From an uncultured Staphylococcaceae bacterium (GTDB lineage: Bacteria > Bacillota_I > Bacilli_A > RFN20 > CAG-826): DNA of 64,000 bases. The first letter of the stretch is position 1; every line of letters starts with the position of its first letter. The notes under the pieces were generated by a model. It did no database searches. It had not been told where the DNA came from and saw only the letters and a list, made by a program, of their open reading frames with translations. A program made the position numbers and the translations under genes. The stretch spans positions 1,410-65,409 of the forward strand of contig CAZSMV010000001.1 of the NCBI GenBank assembly GCA_964608215.1, written 5' to 3'. This document shows positions 27,686-37,124 of the stretch, in pieces.

Positions 27686-28812
27686 AAGTAATGCTAGGAT
27701 TAAGTGGTGGCGTTGATAGCGCAGTTAGTGCATATCTACTAAAAGAAGCTGGATATGATGTTGTATGCTGTTTTATGCGTAATTGGGATTCAATGGCCAA
27801 TAATGATGTTTTAGGTAACCCAACACTAGAAAATAATATATGCCCTCAAGAACAAGATTATCTTGATGCCGAGGCTGTTGCTAAGAAATTAAATCTTCCT
27901 ATGATGAGAATAGATTTTATTAAAGAGTATTGGGATAATGTTTTTACGTATTTTTTAAACGAATATAAGAAGGGTAGGACACCAAATCCTGATATTTTTT
28001 GCAATAAATACATTAAATTTGGGCCTTTTTTAGATTTTGCGAAAAAGAACGGTTGCGATATGATTGCTATGGGTCATTACGCAAAAAGAGTTGATAAAGA
28101 TGGCAAAGTATATTTGTACAAAGCAAAAGACTTAAATAAAGATCAGAGTTATTTTCTTTCACAAATATCATATGATCAACTCTCATCTTGCTTATTTCCT
28201 TTAGGAGACATAACAAAGACTGAAGTGCGTGAAATTGCAAAAAAACTTGATTTAAAGAGCGTGATGAACAAAAAAGACTCTACAGGAGTATGTTTTATTG
28301 GCGAAAGACACTTTAAAGAATTTTTAGAGAATTATTTGCCTGCAAAACAAGGTAATATTGTTGATATAGAAACAGGTCGAATTCTTGGAAAACATGATGG
28401 AGTCTTATATTATACAATTGGTCAAAGAAAAGGACTTGGAATTGGTGGCATAAGTGGTGAAGTTGCAAAAGGTTGGTTTGTTTGCTCAAAAGATGTTAAA
28501 AACAATATTCTCTATGTTGCTAGTGGTAATGAGGATGAACATCTTCTTAGTGATGCTGCTGATATAAATATGATCAATTTATTTAATGGACCAATTGAAG
28601 ATGGCACACATATAAATTGCAAATTTAGATATAGACAAGTTGATCAAGGTGTAACACTTTATAATAATAGTGATGGAAGTGTAAGACTAAAATTTGATAA
28701 ACCATATAAAGCAGTTACACCAGGTCAAGGATGCGTTTTTTATCAGGATGATGAATGCTTGGGTGGTGGGATAATCGATAAAATTTATTATAAAAACAAG
28801 TTAATGAAATAG
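27682..28812 (+). CDS. mnmA: tRNA 2-thiouridine(34) synthase
   Basis: LSGGVDSAV PP-loop, NPDIFCN, YFL motifs. Confidence 0.9.
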   Translation: MKVMLGLSGGVDSAVSAYLLKEAGYDVVCCFMRNWDSMANNDVLGNPTLENNICPQEQDYLDAEAVAKKLNLPMMRIDFIKEYWDNVFTYFLNEYKKGRTPNPDIFCNKYIKFGPFLDFAKKNGCDMIAMGHYAKRVDKDGKVYLYKAKDLNKDQSYFLSQISYDQLSSCLFPLGDITKTEVREIAKKLDLKSVMNKKDSTGVCFIGERHFKEFLENYLPAKQGNIVDIETGRILGKHDGVLYYTIGQRKGLGIGGISGEVAKGWFVCSKDVKNNILYVASGNEDEHLLSDAADINMINLFNGPIEDGTHINCKFRYRQVDQGVTLYNNSDGSVRLKFDKPYKAVTPGQGCVFYQDDECLGGGIIDKIYYKNKLMK

Positions 28813-28860
28813 TAGGAAAAGTGCATTTTTGTTAAAAAAATGCCTTTTTTTACCGATTAC

Positions 28861-28899
28861 TAATTCGGTATTTTCTAAAATAATTCGGTATTTGCTAAA
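28861..28899. repeat. tandem 19-nt direct repeat with 20-nt period, TAATTCGGTATTT(T/G)CTAAA x2, preceded by the palindrome TACCGA-N8-TCGGTA
   Basis: Read directly; 1 mismatch between copies. Confidence 0.8.
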
Positions 28900-28962
28900 T
28901 ATTAGTAATAAAATAGTAGATTAGTAGTATAAATTGAAAAATATCGGTAAAAGCAATAACTA

Positions 28963-28991
28963 TTTACATATTTTCGTTTTTTATATATAAT
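28963..28991 (+). promoter_or_regulatory. promoter of the alaS T-box leader
   Basis: TTTACA, 17 nt, TATAAT. Confidence 0.55.
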
Positions 28992-28999
28992 TTTTAAGG

Positions 29000-29190
29000 A
29001 AATTAAGTTTATCATTTTCATTTTAGAGAGAATTCGTTGGTGCAAGAATTTATGAAAACTAAACAAGCCATTTCCTTTAAAGAGGTTAAGAGCCCGCTTA
29101 CAGCGTTAAAGTAATTAATTAAGTGCTTGAATAAAGAATTAGGATGGTACCGCGATACAATCGTTCCTATGTGTTAGGAACTTTTTTATT
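29000..29190 (+). ncRNA. T-box riboswitch leader (Ala specifier)
   Basis: AGAGAG box at 29035. Candidate GCC specifier at 29067-29069. F-box-like GCGTTA. T-box AATTAGGATGGTACCGCG at 29138-29155. Terminator GTTCCT/AGGAAC plus T7 at 29163-29187. Confidence 0.85.
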
Positions 29191-29207
29191 TATAGGAGTT
29201 TAATTTT

Positions 29208-31799
29208 ATGAAAAAAATGACATCTCAAGAAATCAGACAAATGTGGTTAGATTTCTTTAAATCAAAAGGACATGTTATTGAACCAGGTGCAAGTTTAATA
29301 CCTCATAATGACCCTACATTGTTATGGATTAATGCAGGTGTTGCTGCTTTAAAAAAATATTTTGATGGTAGTGAGGTACCTGAATCTAAAAGAATTACTA
29401 ATGTTCAAAAGTGCATAAGAACTAATGATATTGATAATGTTGGTCGTACCGCAAGACATCACACATTTTTTGAAATGTTAGGTAATTTCTCAATTGGCGA
29501 TTATTTTAGAAAAGAAGCTATAGGCTATGCCTGGGAAATTTTAACAAGTGAAAAGTATTTTGATTTACCAAAAGATAAATTATATTTTACATACCATCCA
29601 TCTGATTTAGAAACTAAAAAGTTTTGGATGGAACAAGGATGTGATGAATCTCATTTAATTCCTTTGGAAGGAAATTTTTGGCAAATAGGCGAAGGTCCAT
29701 GTGGTCCTAATACAGAAGTTTTCTTTGATAGAGGAGAGAAATACGATCCAAATCATATTGGAATTGATTTACTTGCGAAAGATATGGAAAACGATCGTTA
29801 TATCGAAATATGGGGAATCGTTTTTTCTCAATATAATGCCGTTAATGGAGTTGAAAGAAAAGATTATAAAGAATTGCCACATAAAAACATTGATACTGGC
29901 GCTGGTCTTGAAAGAATTACTTGTGTTATGCAAGAAACTGAAACAAATTTTGAGACTGACTTATTTTATCCTTATATAGAAGCTACACAAAAATTATGTA
30001 ATAAGCCTTATGAGGGGAAATATTTAATGCCTTATAGAGTAATTGCAGATCATATTAGAAGTTGCACTTTTGCTCTTGCTGATGGTGCAATGTTTTCAAA
30101 TGAAGGAAGAGGTTATGTTTTAAGACGTGTTTTACGTAGAGCTATGAGATATGGCCAAAAATTAGGATTATATGAACCATTTCTTTATAAAATAGTTGAT
30201 GTTGTTTGTGATAACATGAAATGTTTCTATCCTTATTTAATAGATAGAAAAGAAATTGTCAAAAAGATGATAAGATCTGAAGAGGAAAAATTTATTAAGA
30301 CTTTAAATAGTGGTGAAGAAATTTTAGATAATATGATTAAAGGCAAAAAAGTTTTATCTGGAGAAGATGCTTTTAAGTTATATGATACCTATGGTTTCCC
30401 AATTGAATTAACTAAAGAAATTTGTAGTGATAATAAGGTTTCTGTTGATTTAGATAAATTTGAAGAATGCTTGAAACATCAAAAAGAATTAGCTCGTTCT
30501 AGTCGTAAGAATATTGAATCTTTTAATAAACAATCTAAAGATTTATTAGAATTTAAGGAAGAATCTATCTATAACTATGGTTCGAACGATGTCAAATCCA
30601 AGGTAATCGGTTTATTTAAAGATGGAGTTAAAGTTGATGAAATAAGTGATGAAGGTGATGTTGTTTTCAAGGAAACTAATTTCTATGCAGAAATGGGTGG
30701 GCAAGTAGCAGATGCTGGATTTATTGAAAACGAAAACTGCCGAGCAGATGTTGAAAATGTCAGTAATGCACCAAATAAGCAGCATTTACATCATGTTAAA
30801 GTCTTATATGGTTCAATCAAGAAAAATGATGAATTTTTACTTTCAATCAATAAACAAAGACATTTTGCAATTTCTAAAAACCATAGTGCAACTCACTTGT
30901 TACAAAGTGCTTTAATTAAAGTTCTAGGAGAAGATATTAAGCAAAAAGGAAGCTTTGTAAATGAAGAATACTTGCGTTTCGATTTCACACATTTTGAGAA
31001 AATTAGTGATGTTGATCTTAAAAAAGTTGAAAGAATAGTAAATGAATTTATACGTGATTCAATCGATAATAATACACAAGTGCTCCCTATTGAAATAGCT
31101 AAGAAGTCTGGGGCAATTTCATTGTTTGATGAAAAATATGGAAAAGAAGTCCGTGTAGTTTCTTTTGGAGATATTTCAAAAGAATTTTGTGGTGGTAATC
31201 ATGTTAAAAATACCTCCGATATTGGTTTATTTGTAATTGAATCAGAAGGGAGTATTGCTAATGGTGTAAGAAGAATTCAAGCTCGTACCTCGTTTGCAGC
31301 TTTTGAATTATTAAAACAAAGGGAAGAATTACTTAATGAAATTAGAGAAAATGTTGGTGCAAAAAGTTATAAAGAGTCTATTGATAGAATTAAAGCGACT
31401 GAAAACCAATTAACTGAAATTTCATATAAATATAAAGTTTTATTTGATGATTTAGCAAAAGAAAAAGCAAAAGAACTTGATGCCAGTTTTGAAAAATCAC
31501 ATATGCTTTTTGAATATTTAAAAGATTATAGTATGGAAACACTTATGAAAATTTATGATTCTTTGAAGGTTAAATATGATGATTATACTATTGTTTTAAT
31601 TGGCGATGATAATGGCAAACATCCAGTAATTTGTGGTATTGGTAGTAAATTAGTAGATAATGGTGTAAAAAGTAGAGATGTTTTAAAAAACATAACCGAT
31701 ATTCTTGGCGGAGCGGGTGGTGGGAAACCTGATATGTCTAAAGGGAATGTTCTTTCTCTTGAAAAAATTGATTCTGCTAGAAAGGTTGTTTTAAAATAG
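29208..31799 (+). CDS. alaS: alanine--tRNA ligase
   Basis: 863 aa. Class II core, editing-domain HSATHLL, C-terminal DHHA1 GGGKPDM. Confidence 0.95.
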   Translation: MKKMTSQEIRQMWLDFFKSKGHVIEPGASLIPHNDPTLLWINAGVAALKKYFDGSEVPESKRITNVQKCIRTNDIDNVGRTARHHTFFEMLGNFSIGDYFRKEAIGYAWEILTSEKYFDLPKDKLYFTYHPSDLETKKFWMEQGCDESHLIPLEGNFWQIGEGPCGPNTEVFFDRGEKYDPNHIGIDLLAKDMENDRYIEIWGIVFSQYNAVNGVERKDYKELPHKNIDTGAGLERITCVMQETETNFETDLFYPYIEATQKLCNKPYEGKYLMPYRVIADHIRSCTFALADGAMFSNEGRGYVLRRVLRRAMRYGQKLGLYEPFLYKIVDVVCDNMKCFYPYLIDRKEIVKKMIRSEEEKFIKTLNSGEEILDNMIKGKKVLSGEDAFKLYDTYGFPIELTKEICSDNKVSVDLDKFEECLKHQKELARSSRKNIESFNKQSKDLLEFKEESIYNYGSNDVKSKVIGLFKDGVKVDEISDEGDVVFKETNFYAEMGGQVADAGFIENENCRADVENVSNAPNKQHLHHVKVLYGSIKKNDEFLLSINKQRHFAISKNHSATHLLQSALIKVLGEDIKQKGSFVNEEYLRFDFTHFEKISDVDLKKVERIVNEFIRDSIDNNTQVLPIEIAKKSGAISLFDEKYGKEVRVVSFGDISKEFCGGNHVKNTSDIGLFVIESEGSIANGVRRIQARTSFAAFELLKQREELLNEIRENVGAKSYKESIDRIKATENQLTEISYKYKVLFDDLAKEKAKELDASFEKSHMLFEYLKDYSMETLMKIYDSLKVKYDDYTIVLIGDDNGKHPVICGIGSKLVDNGVKSRDVLKNITDILGGAGGGKPDMSKGNVLSLEKIDSARKVVLK

Positions 31800-31803
31800 A
31801 AAA

Positions 31804-32229
31804 ATGAAAAAATATATTTGTGTTGATTTAGGGACTACAACATTAGGAATTGCTAAGAGTGATGTTATTGGTATTTCTCATCCTTATGAGGAATTTCGTT
31901 TCAATCATGGCAATTATAAAGTTGCCAAAGAACATTTAATTAATGTTTGTGAATCGACACAAATATTTGATGTAGTTATAGGCTATCCACTTCAAATAGA
32001 TCGTAAAATTGGTGAAAGGTGTGAATCAGTCGATAGATTTATCAATGAAATTAACGAGGTAAATAATAAAATTAATTTTATTAAATATGATGAATCTTAT
32101 TCAACTATTGAAGCTCATGAACGATTGAAAGATAGTGGCTATAATAGTAAAAAAATTGCAGAAGTTATAGATATGTATAGCGCTGTGGTAATATTAGAAG
32201 ATTTTTTAAGAAATTATAAAGAAAAATAG
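31804..32229 (+). CDS. ruvX: Holliday junction resolvase-like protein RuvX/YqgF
   Basis: 141 aa. CVDLGTTTLGIA N-terminus. Conserved position after alaS. Confidence 0.85.
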   Translation: MKKYICVDLGTTTLGIAKSDVIGISHPYEEFRFNHGNYKVAKEHLINVCESTQIFDVVIGYPLQIDRKIGERCESVDRFINEINEVNNKINFIKYDESYSTIEAHERLKDSGYNSKKIAEVIDMYSAVVILEDFLRNYKEK

Positions 32230-32242
32230 GAGTCTAAATAAT

Positions 32243-32509
32243 ATGAATCACTTAAATGAAAATGAAGTAGTTTTAAAAGACGATGATGGTAATGAATATT
32301 TATTGAAAATATTATTTACATATCATAATCCACAAAGAGATGCTGATTATGTTTTTGCTTATGATTCAAGCGATCCAGATACCGTTTACATTTTAAAATA
32401 TGGTGATAACGACGAGGTTTTAGAAGTAACTGATGAGGAAGAATTTGAAGAAGCACAAGAAGTATTTGATGCTTATAATGAAGATCCTAAAATCCAAGAA
32501 ATCAAATAA
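32243..32509 (+). CDS. DUF1292-family small acidic protein
   Basis: DDGNEYLLKILF...YVFAY... and an acidic tail. Typical alaS-ruvX-DUF1292 neighbourhood. Confidence 0.7.
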   Translation: MNHLNENEVVLKDDDGNEYLLKILFTYHNPQRDADYVFAYDSSDPDTVYILKYGDNDEVLEVTDEEEFEEAQEVFDAYNEDPKIQEIK

Positions 32510-32571
32510 TTATTTATAGATTATAGGCGTTATTTAAGGTATAATTATTCAGAAAAAACGAGGAAATTAAT

Positions 32572-33045
32572 ATGAGTAAAGAATTTGTATTAACTAAAGA
32601 AGGTTTGGACCAACTTAATAAAGAATATAGAGACTTAATTGATGTTCAACGTCCAGAAGTTATCGAAGCATTAAATAATGCCCGTGCTATGGGTGATTTA
32701 TCTGAAAACGCTGATTATGATGCAGCTAGAAATAGACAGGCTCAAGTTGAAGGTCGTATTAAAGAAATCGAAACAATTCTTGCAAATGCAAAGATTGTTA
32801 CCGAGAAAAAAGGAAGAACAATAAATATTTCTAATATTGTTACTTTTAAAGATTTGTCTTGCGGAGAAACTTTAGAGGTAAAGATTGTTTCATCAATTGA
32901 ATCTGACCCATTAAGCGATCCTAAACATATGAAAATTTCAAATGAATGTGCTTTAGGTCTTGCCTTAATTGGCAAAAAGGCAGGCGATAAAGTACTTGTT
33001 AAAGCTGACGAACCATACGAAATTGAGATTATTGATGTCAAATAA
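32572..33045 (+). CDS. greA: transcription elongation factor GreA
   Basis: GDLSENADYDAAR motif. 157 aa. Confidence 0.92.
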   Translation: MSKEFVLTKEGLDQLNKEYRDLIDVQRPEVIEALNNARAMGDLSENADYDAARNRQAQVEGRIKEIETILANAKIVTEKKGRTINISNIVTFKDLSCGETLEVKIVSSIESDPLSDPKHMKISNECALGLALIGKKAGDKVLVKADEPYEIEIIDVK

Positions 33046-33093
33046 TTAAAAAAATGTAAAAAAATTAAATTTTTTGATAAATTTTTAGAATTC

Positions 33094-33127
33094 CCTCCCT
33101 ATATAACTTATATAAGGAGGATTTTTT
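33094..33127 (+). terminator. greA terminator hairpin whose 3' arm is the comEA Shine-Dalgarno
   Basis: CCTCCCTATATA/TATATAAGGAGG (12 bp, 1 mismatch), 3-nt loop, T6, then ATG at 33128. Confidence 0.55.
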
Positions 33128-33691
33128 ATGTTAAAAATCATTTTGGCTGTTGTAGTTGTAACTATTATAGGAATAGTTGTTATGCAATTTGTTGATCCAA
33201 ATATGGGAAATAATATTTTTAGTACCCAACAAACTGACGATTCTAATACTACCACATATTCGGATGATGACGAAAAAGGAGCGTTTACAATTAAAGGCAA
33301 TGTTGTTAATCCTGGTAAGTATTTATTAACTTATGAGGGAACAACAATGTCTGATTTAATTAATGCAGCTGGAGGCGTAACAAGTAATGCTGATGATCGT
33401 TGTTATTATCTAGAAGCAACATTAACACCAAATGAAACATATTATATTTCTACTAAATTTGATGTTACAGATGTTTGTGGTGATGATGAAATTAAAAAAG
33501 TTAATGTTAATGCTGATGATTCTGATGTATTGCAAACTATAAGTGGCATAGGAAGTGTAATTGGCAGTTCTATTGTTGAGTATAGAGAATCAAATGGAAT
33601 GTTTTATACCATTGAATCGCTAAAAAATGTTAATGGAATTGGAAATAGTGTATTTGAAAAAATAAAAGATTATGTAATATTACATGAGTAA
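33128..33691 (+). CDS. comEA: competence protein ComEA (helix-hairpin-helix DNA receptor)
   Basis: N-terminal TM helix, SLBB-like region, tandem HhH (ISGIGSVIGSSIVEYR, VNGIGNSVFEKIKDY). Confidence 0.85.
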   Translation: MLKIILAVVVVTIIGIVVMQFVDPNMGNNIFSTQQTDDSNTTTYSDDDEKGAFTIKGNVVNPGKYLLTYEGTTMSDLINAAGGVTSNADDRCYYLEATLTPNETYYISTKFDVTDVCGDDEIKKVNVNADDSDVLQTISGIGSVIGSSIVEYRESNGMFYTIESLKNVNGIGNSVFEKIKDYVILHE

Positions 33692-35717
33692 TTTATTTTT
33701 ATATTTTCTTTTATATTTATCGATTATTCTTTTAAGTGAAACAAAATTATTAGTTTATGGTATATTCTTATTATTTTTTGTTGTAGTTTTCTTTATCAAG
33801 AAAGGAAGAAAAGATAAAAAAGTATTGATCACAGGCTGTATAATTATTTTTGTTTCGCTGCTTAGAGTAACTATTGCAAAAATAGATTTTCCGATTAAAA
33901 ATGAAGTTGTTGGGGTTGTACTTAAAAGGCGTGAAAATTATTTGATTATTTTTAATGGATTTAATAAATTTTATGTTCCTATTAAAAATTTAAATATTGA
34001 TGAATTTGATATAGTTAAAATTACAGGAAGTTGTGAAAATTACTATTTTTCTACTTTGGAAAATGGATTTAACTTTAATGAATATCTTTCTCAGCAAGGT
34101 ATAAGAAAACAAATAAGCATTAAAAATATTGATGCAATCATTGATTTTCCAATTAATTTTTATACATATAAGAGTTTTATTCTTAATAAGTTATCATCTG
34201 AGAATTCAAAATCTTTTGTTGGTGGTATGCTTTTTAATTTGTTTGATAATTCAAATGAATTTGCAAGACAAGTTAAGATGCTTAATCTGACAATACTTTT
34301 TTCTACTACCGGCATTTATTTAAATTTCTTTTTATTTACCGTTTCAAAATTATTGTCGCTTAAATTAAGTGAAAAAAAGTCAGATATTATCGCTATTTTA
34401 ATGTTTTCCCCATATTTATTTTTTAATATAACTAGATTTACAACAATTAAGGTGACAAATGCATTTATTTTTCGTCTTTTTAATAAATATAAATTAAATA
34501 ATTATTTTTCAAAGTTAGATAGATTATCTATATTAGGAATTATTTATTTAATTGTTAATCCTTTTTTAGTTTTTAATATGTCTTTTTATTTATCATATTT
34601 AATTAGCATTTTTATGAATTATTCATCGTTATTTTTAATGCAATATAAGAAAATCAAAAAGAATATAATGATGCATTTATTACTATTTTTAATAACTTTA
34701 CCATTTTGTATAAAAAGTACACATACAATCAATATTTTTAATAGTGTAGTTAGTTATTTGCTTATGATATTTTTTAAACCATTATTTGTTTTCTTATTGC
34801 CTTTATTTCTAGGAATATATTTACCTTTTTATGAAGTAATCATAAATGGTATAACAAGTTTTATTTTAAAACTAAATTTTAGGTATTTAGATATTAATGT
34901 TCCGGAACTAAATCCAATAATTTTGTCTTTTTATTATTTAATAATAATCTTCATTATTTACTTTATGGAGGTAAATAACAAAAAAAGCGCAATGAAAATT
35001 ATAACATTAGCTTCAATTTTATTTTCTACATATGCTCTTCCAATATGCAATATGTTTACTTACGAAGTTGATTTCATAAATGTGGGTCAAGGAGATTCTG
35101 CATTAATTAGATATCAAAATACTACTATTCTTGTTGATACTGGCGGCTTAACTTATCAAGATTTAGCAACAAGTAATTTGATACCATTTTTAAAAGAAAA
35201 TAGGATATATAAACTTGACGCTGTTTTTATAACACATCAAGATTTTGATCATTGCGGTGCTTTAGATTCTTTAAAAAAATATTTTAAAATTAGAAATATA
35301 ATTGATTATAACGATTATTTTCCTTTAAGCATTGGCGGAATAACATTTAACAATTTAAATAATGATTTTAAAAATTATACTGAAGAGAATTATAAATCAC
35401 TAGTTTTAGAATTTAGTCTTAAAGATGTTAATTTTTTATTGATGGGGGATGCTCCAAAAGAAATTGAAAGAAACATTTTAGAAAATAACAGAGAATTAAG
35501 TTGTGATTATTTAAAAATTGGACATCATGGGAGTAATACATCAACTAGTGAAGATTTTATTAAAAAAGTTCGACCAAAAGAGGCGATAATCAGTTGTGGC
35601 TATAACAATCGATACCATCATCCCCATGAAGAAACACTTAAAATTTTAAATAAATATAAAATAAAGATACGAAGAACGGATCTTGAAGGAACAATTAAAT
35701 ACAAATTTCTTATTTAA
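33684..35717 (+). CDS. comEC: DNA internalization competence protein ComEC/Rec2
   Basis: Polytopic membrane domain plus C-terminal metallo-beta-lactamase fold (FINVGQGDSALI, THQDFDHCG, KIGHHGS). Confidence 0.88.
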   Translation: MSNLFLYFLLYLSIILLSETKLLVYGIFLLFFVVVFFIKKGRKDKKVLITGCIIIFVSLLRVTIAKIDFPIKNEVVGVVLKRRENYLIIFNGFNKFYVPIKNLNIDEFDIVKITGSCENYYFSTLENGFNFNEYLSQQGIRKQISIKNIDAIIDFPINFYTYKSFILNKLSSENSKSFVGGMLFNLFDNSNEFARQVKMLNLTILFSTTGIYLNFFLFTVSKLLSLKLSEKKSDIIAILMFSPYLFFNITRFTTIKVTNAFIFRLFNKYKLNNYFSKLDRLSILGIIYLIVNPFLVFNMSFYLSYLISIFMNYSSLFLMQYKKIKKNIMMHLLLFLITLPFCIKSTHTINIFNSVVSYLLMIFFKPLFVFLLPLFLGIYLPFYEVIINGITSFILKLNFRYLDINVPELNPIILSFYYLIIIFIIYFMEVNNKKSAMKIITLASILFSTYALPICNMFTYEVDFINVGQGDSALIRYQNTTILVDTGGLTYQDLATSNLIPFLKENRIYKLDAVFITHQDFDHCGALDSLKKYFKIRNIIDYNDYFPLSIGGITFNNLNNDFKNYTEENYKSLVLEFSLKDVNFLLMGDAPKEIERNILENNRELSCDYLKIGHHGSNTSTSEDFIKKVRPKEAIISCGYNNRYHHPHEETLKILNKYKIKIRRTDLEGTIKYKFLI

Positions 35718-35734
35718 AAGAGTAAAATATTTAT

Positions 35735-36694
35735 ATGGCTTACATAGTTTTTGGATCACAACAATTGATGGTTAAAAAGCAAGTCAAGAAAGTTATTTCT
35801 GATTGTTTTAAGGACAATAAAAACTATGAAGTTTTACATTTCGATTCTGGAAAAATTACTGAAGATGAATTGTTGAATGAATGCGAACAATTTTCACTTT
35901 GCGATGATAGTAAAGTAATTATTGTTGAAAATTCGAATTTTTTAACGGCTGAACGTGATGCATATAAGTTTGAATATACCGAAAGATTGGTAAAATATTT
36001 AAAAAATGAGAATCCATCGACAATTTTAATTTTCAGTGTAGTTTATAGCAAGAAATTAGATAGTAGAAATAAAATCTATAAAGTAATAGATGAAGCTGGT
36101 AAAGTTATTATCTGTAAAGAAATAAGTGAAAAGGAATGGCCAACCCAAGTTTCCTTATATTTTAATAAAAAAAATATCTCAATTACAAAAGATGCAATAA
36201 ATGAAATTTGTAGAAGATGCAGTGGAGATTTTGGTGTATTTATAAATGAAAGCAATAAATTGGTGCTATATAAAAATGATAATATTACGCTAGATGATGT
36301 TAAAGAGATTGTTGCAATGCCGTTATTTAATAGTATTTTTGAAATACAAAATAACTTATTGTTATCAAATAAGGAAAAAGCAATTCAAATATTTAGAGAA
36401 GTTCAATTTTCTAAAGATGTTGACCCTGTGTCTTTAATTTCAATTTTTACTAATCAATTACTTTTGCTTGATAGAATTTTATATCTTAATAAAAAAAGAT
36501 TATCATATTCTACAATTGCATCTGAAATTGGAGAATCGCCATATATCGTAATTAGAAATTTGAATGCTTTTAAAAATGTTAACCCTTTACTAATAAAAAA
36601 AGCCTTACAAGACTTATATTTGCTTGATAAGGCAATAAAACATAGTAAAGTTAATAAATTTTATGGTTTTGAATTGTTTTTAATTAATTTCTAA
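35735..36694 (+). CDS. holA: DNA polymerase III delta subunit
   Basis: 319 aa. Conserved position after comEC and general delta-subunit pattern. Confidence 0.7.
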   Translation: MAYIVFGSQQLMVKKQVKKVISDCFKDNKNYEVLHFDSGKITEDELLNECEQFSLCDDSKVIIVENSNFLTAERDAYKFEYTERLVKYLKNENPSTILIFSVVYSKKLDSRNKIYKVIDEAGKVIICKEISEKEWPTQVSLYFNKKNISITKDAINEICRRCSGDFGVFINESNKLVLYKNDNITLDDVKEIVAMPLFNSIFEIQNNLLLSNKEKAIQIFREVQFSKDVDPVSLISIFTNQLLLLDRILYLNKKRLSYSTIASEIGESPYIVIRNLNAFKNVNPLLIKKALQDLYLLDKAIKHSKVNKFYGFELFLINF

Positions 36695-36702
36695 AATAAA
36701 AA

Positions 36703-36721
36703 ACTTCGCAGTCAGCGAAGT
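36703..36721. terminator. bidirectional terminator between convergent holA and rpsT
   Basis: ACTTCGC/GCGAAGT 7-bp stem, 5-nt loop, flanked by an A-run and a T-run. Confidence 0.7.
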
Positions 36722-36730
36722 ATTTTTTGT

Positions 36731-36991
36731 TTATAAAGAATTAACTAAATGTTGAATTTCTGCTTTTTGACGTGCAGCAGTTTTCTTGTGTTGAATACCT
36801 TTAGCTACTGAACGATCAATTAATGAAATAGCAATTTTGAGATCTTTAGTAGCAGCATCTTTGTTTTTCTTTTCAACATCTAATCTAACATTTTTAATAG
36901 CAGTTCTTAATTTTGATTTGTAATGAACATTTCTAATACGTGCTTTTTCGTTAGTAATGATTCTTTTCTTTTGTGACTTAATATTTGCCAT
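36731..36991 (-). CDS. rpsT: 30S ribosomal protein S20
   Basis: MANIKSQKKR N-terminus. 86 aa, basic. Confidence 0.95.
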   Translation of the reverse strand: MANIKSQKKRIITNEKARIRNVHYKSKLRTAIKNVRLDVEKKNKDAATKDLKIAISLIDRSVAKGIQHKKTAARQKAEIQHLVNSL

Positions 36992-37019
36992 AACACACTA
37001 TCCTTTCGATACGAGTAAG

Positions 37020-37048
37020 ATTATAAACAAAACATCTACAAAATGCAA
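37020..37048 (-). promoter_or_regulatory. rpsT promoter
   Basis: On the minus strand: TTGCAT, 17 nt, TATAAT. Confidence 0.6.
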
Positions 37049-37124
37049 AGATTTATAACAAAAATTGTAATATTTTAGTTAATGCATTATAACTCTTCAA
37101 CTTTTGTTGTATAATCCTAATATT

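Noticed and set aside
28861-28899. Possible CRISPR array or other spaced-repeat locus
   Set aside because: There are only two adjacent copies with no spacers. No repeat-spacer periodicity was seen anywhere in the window, and no cas genes are present.
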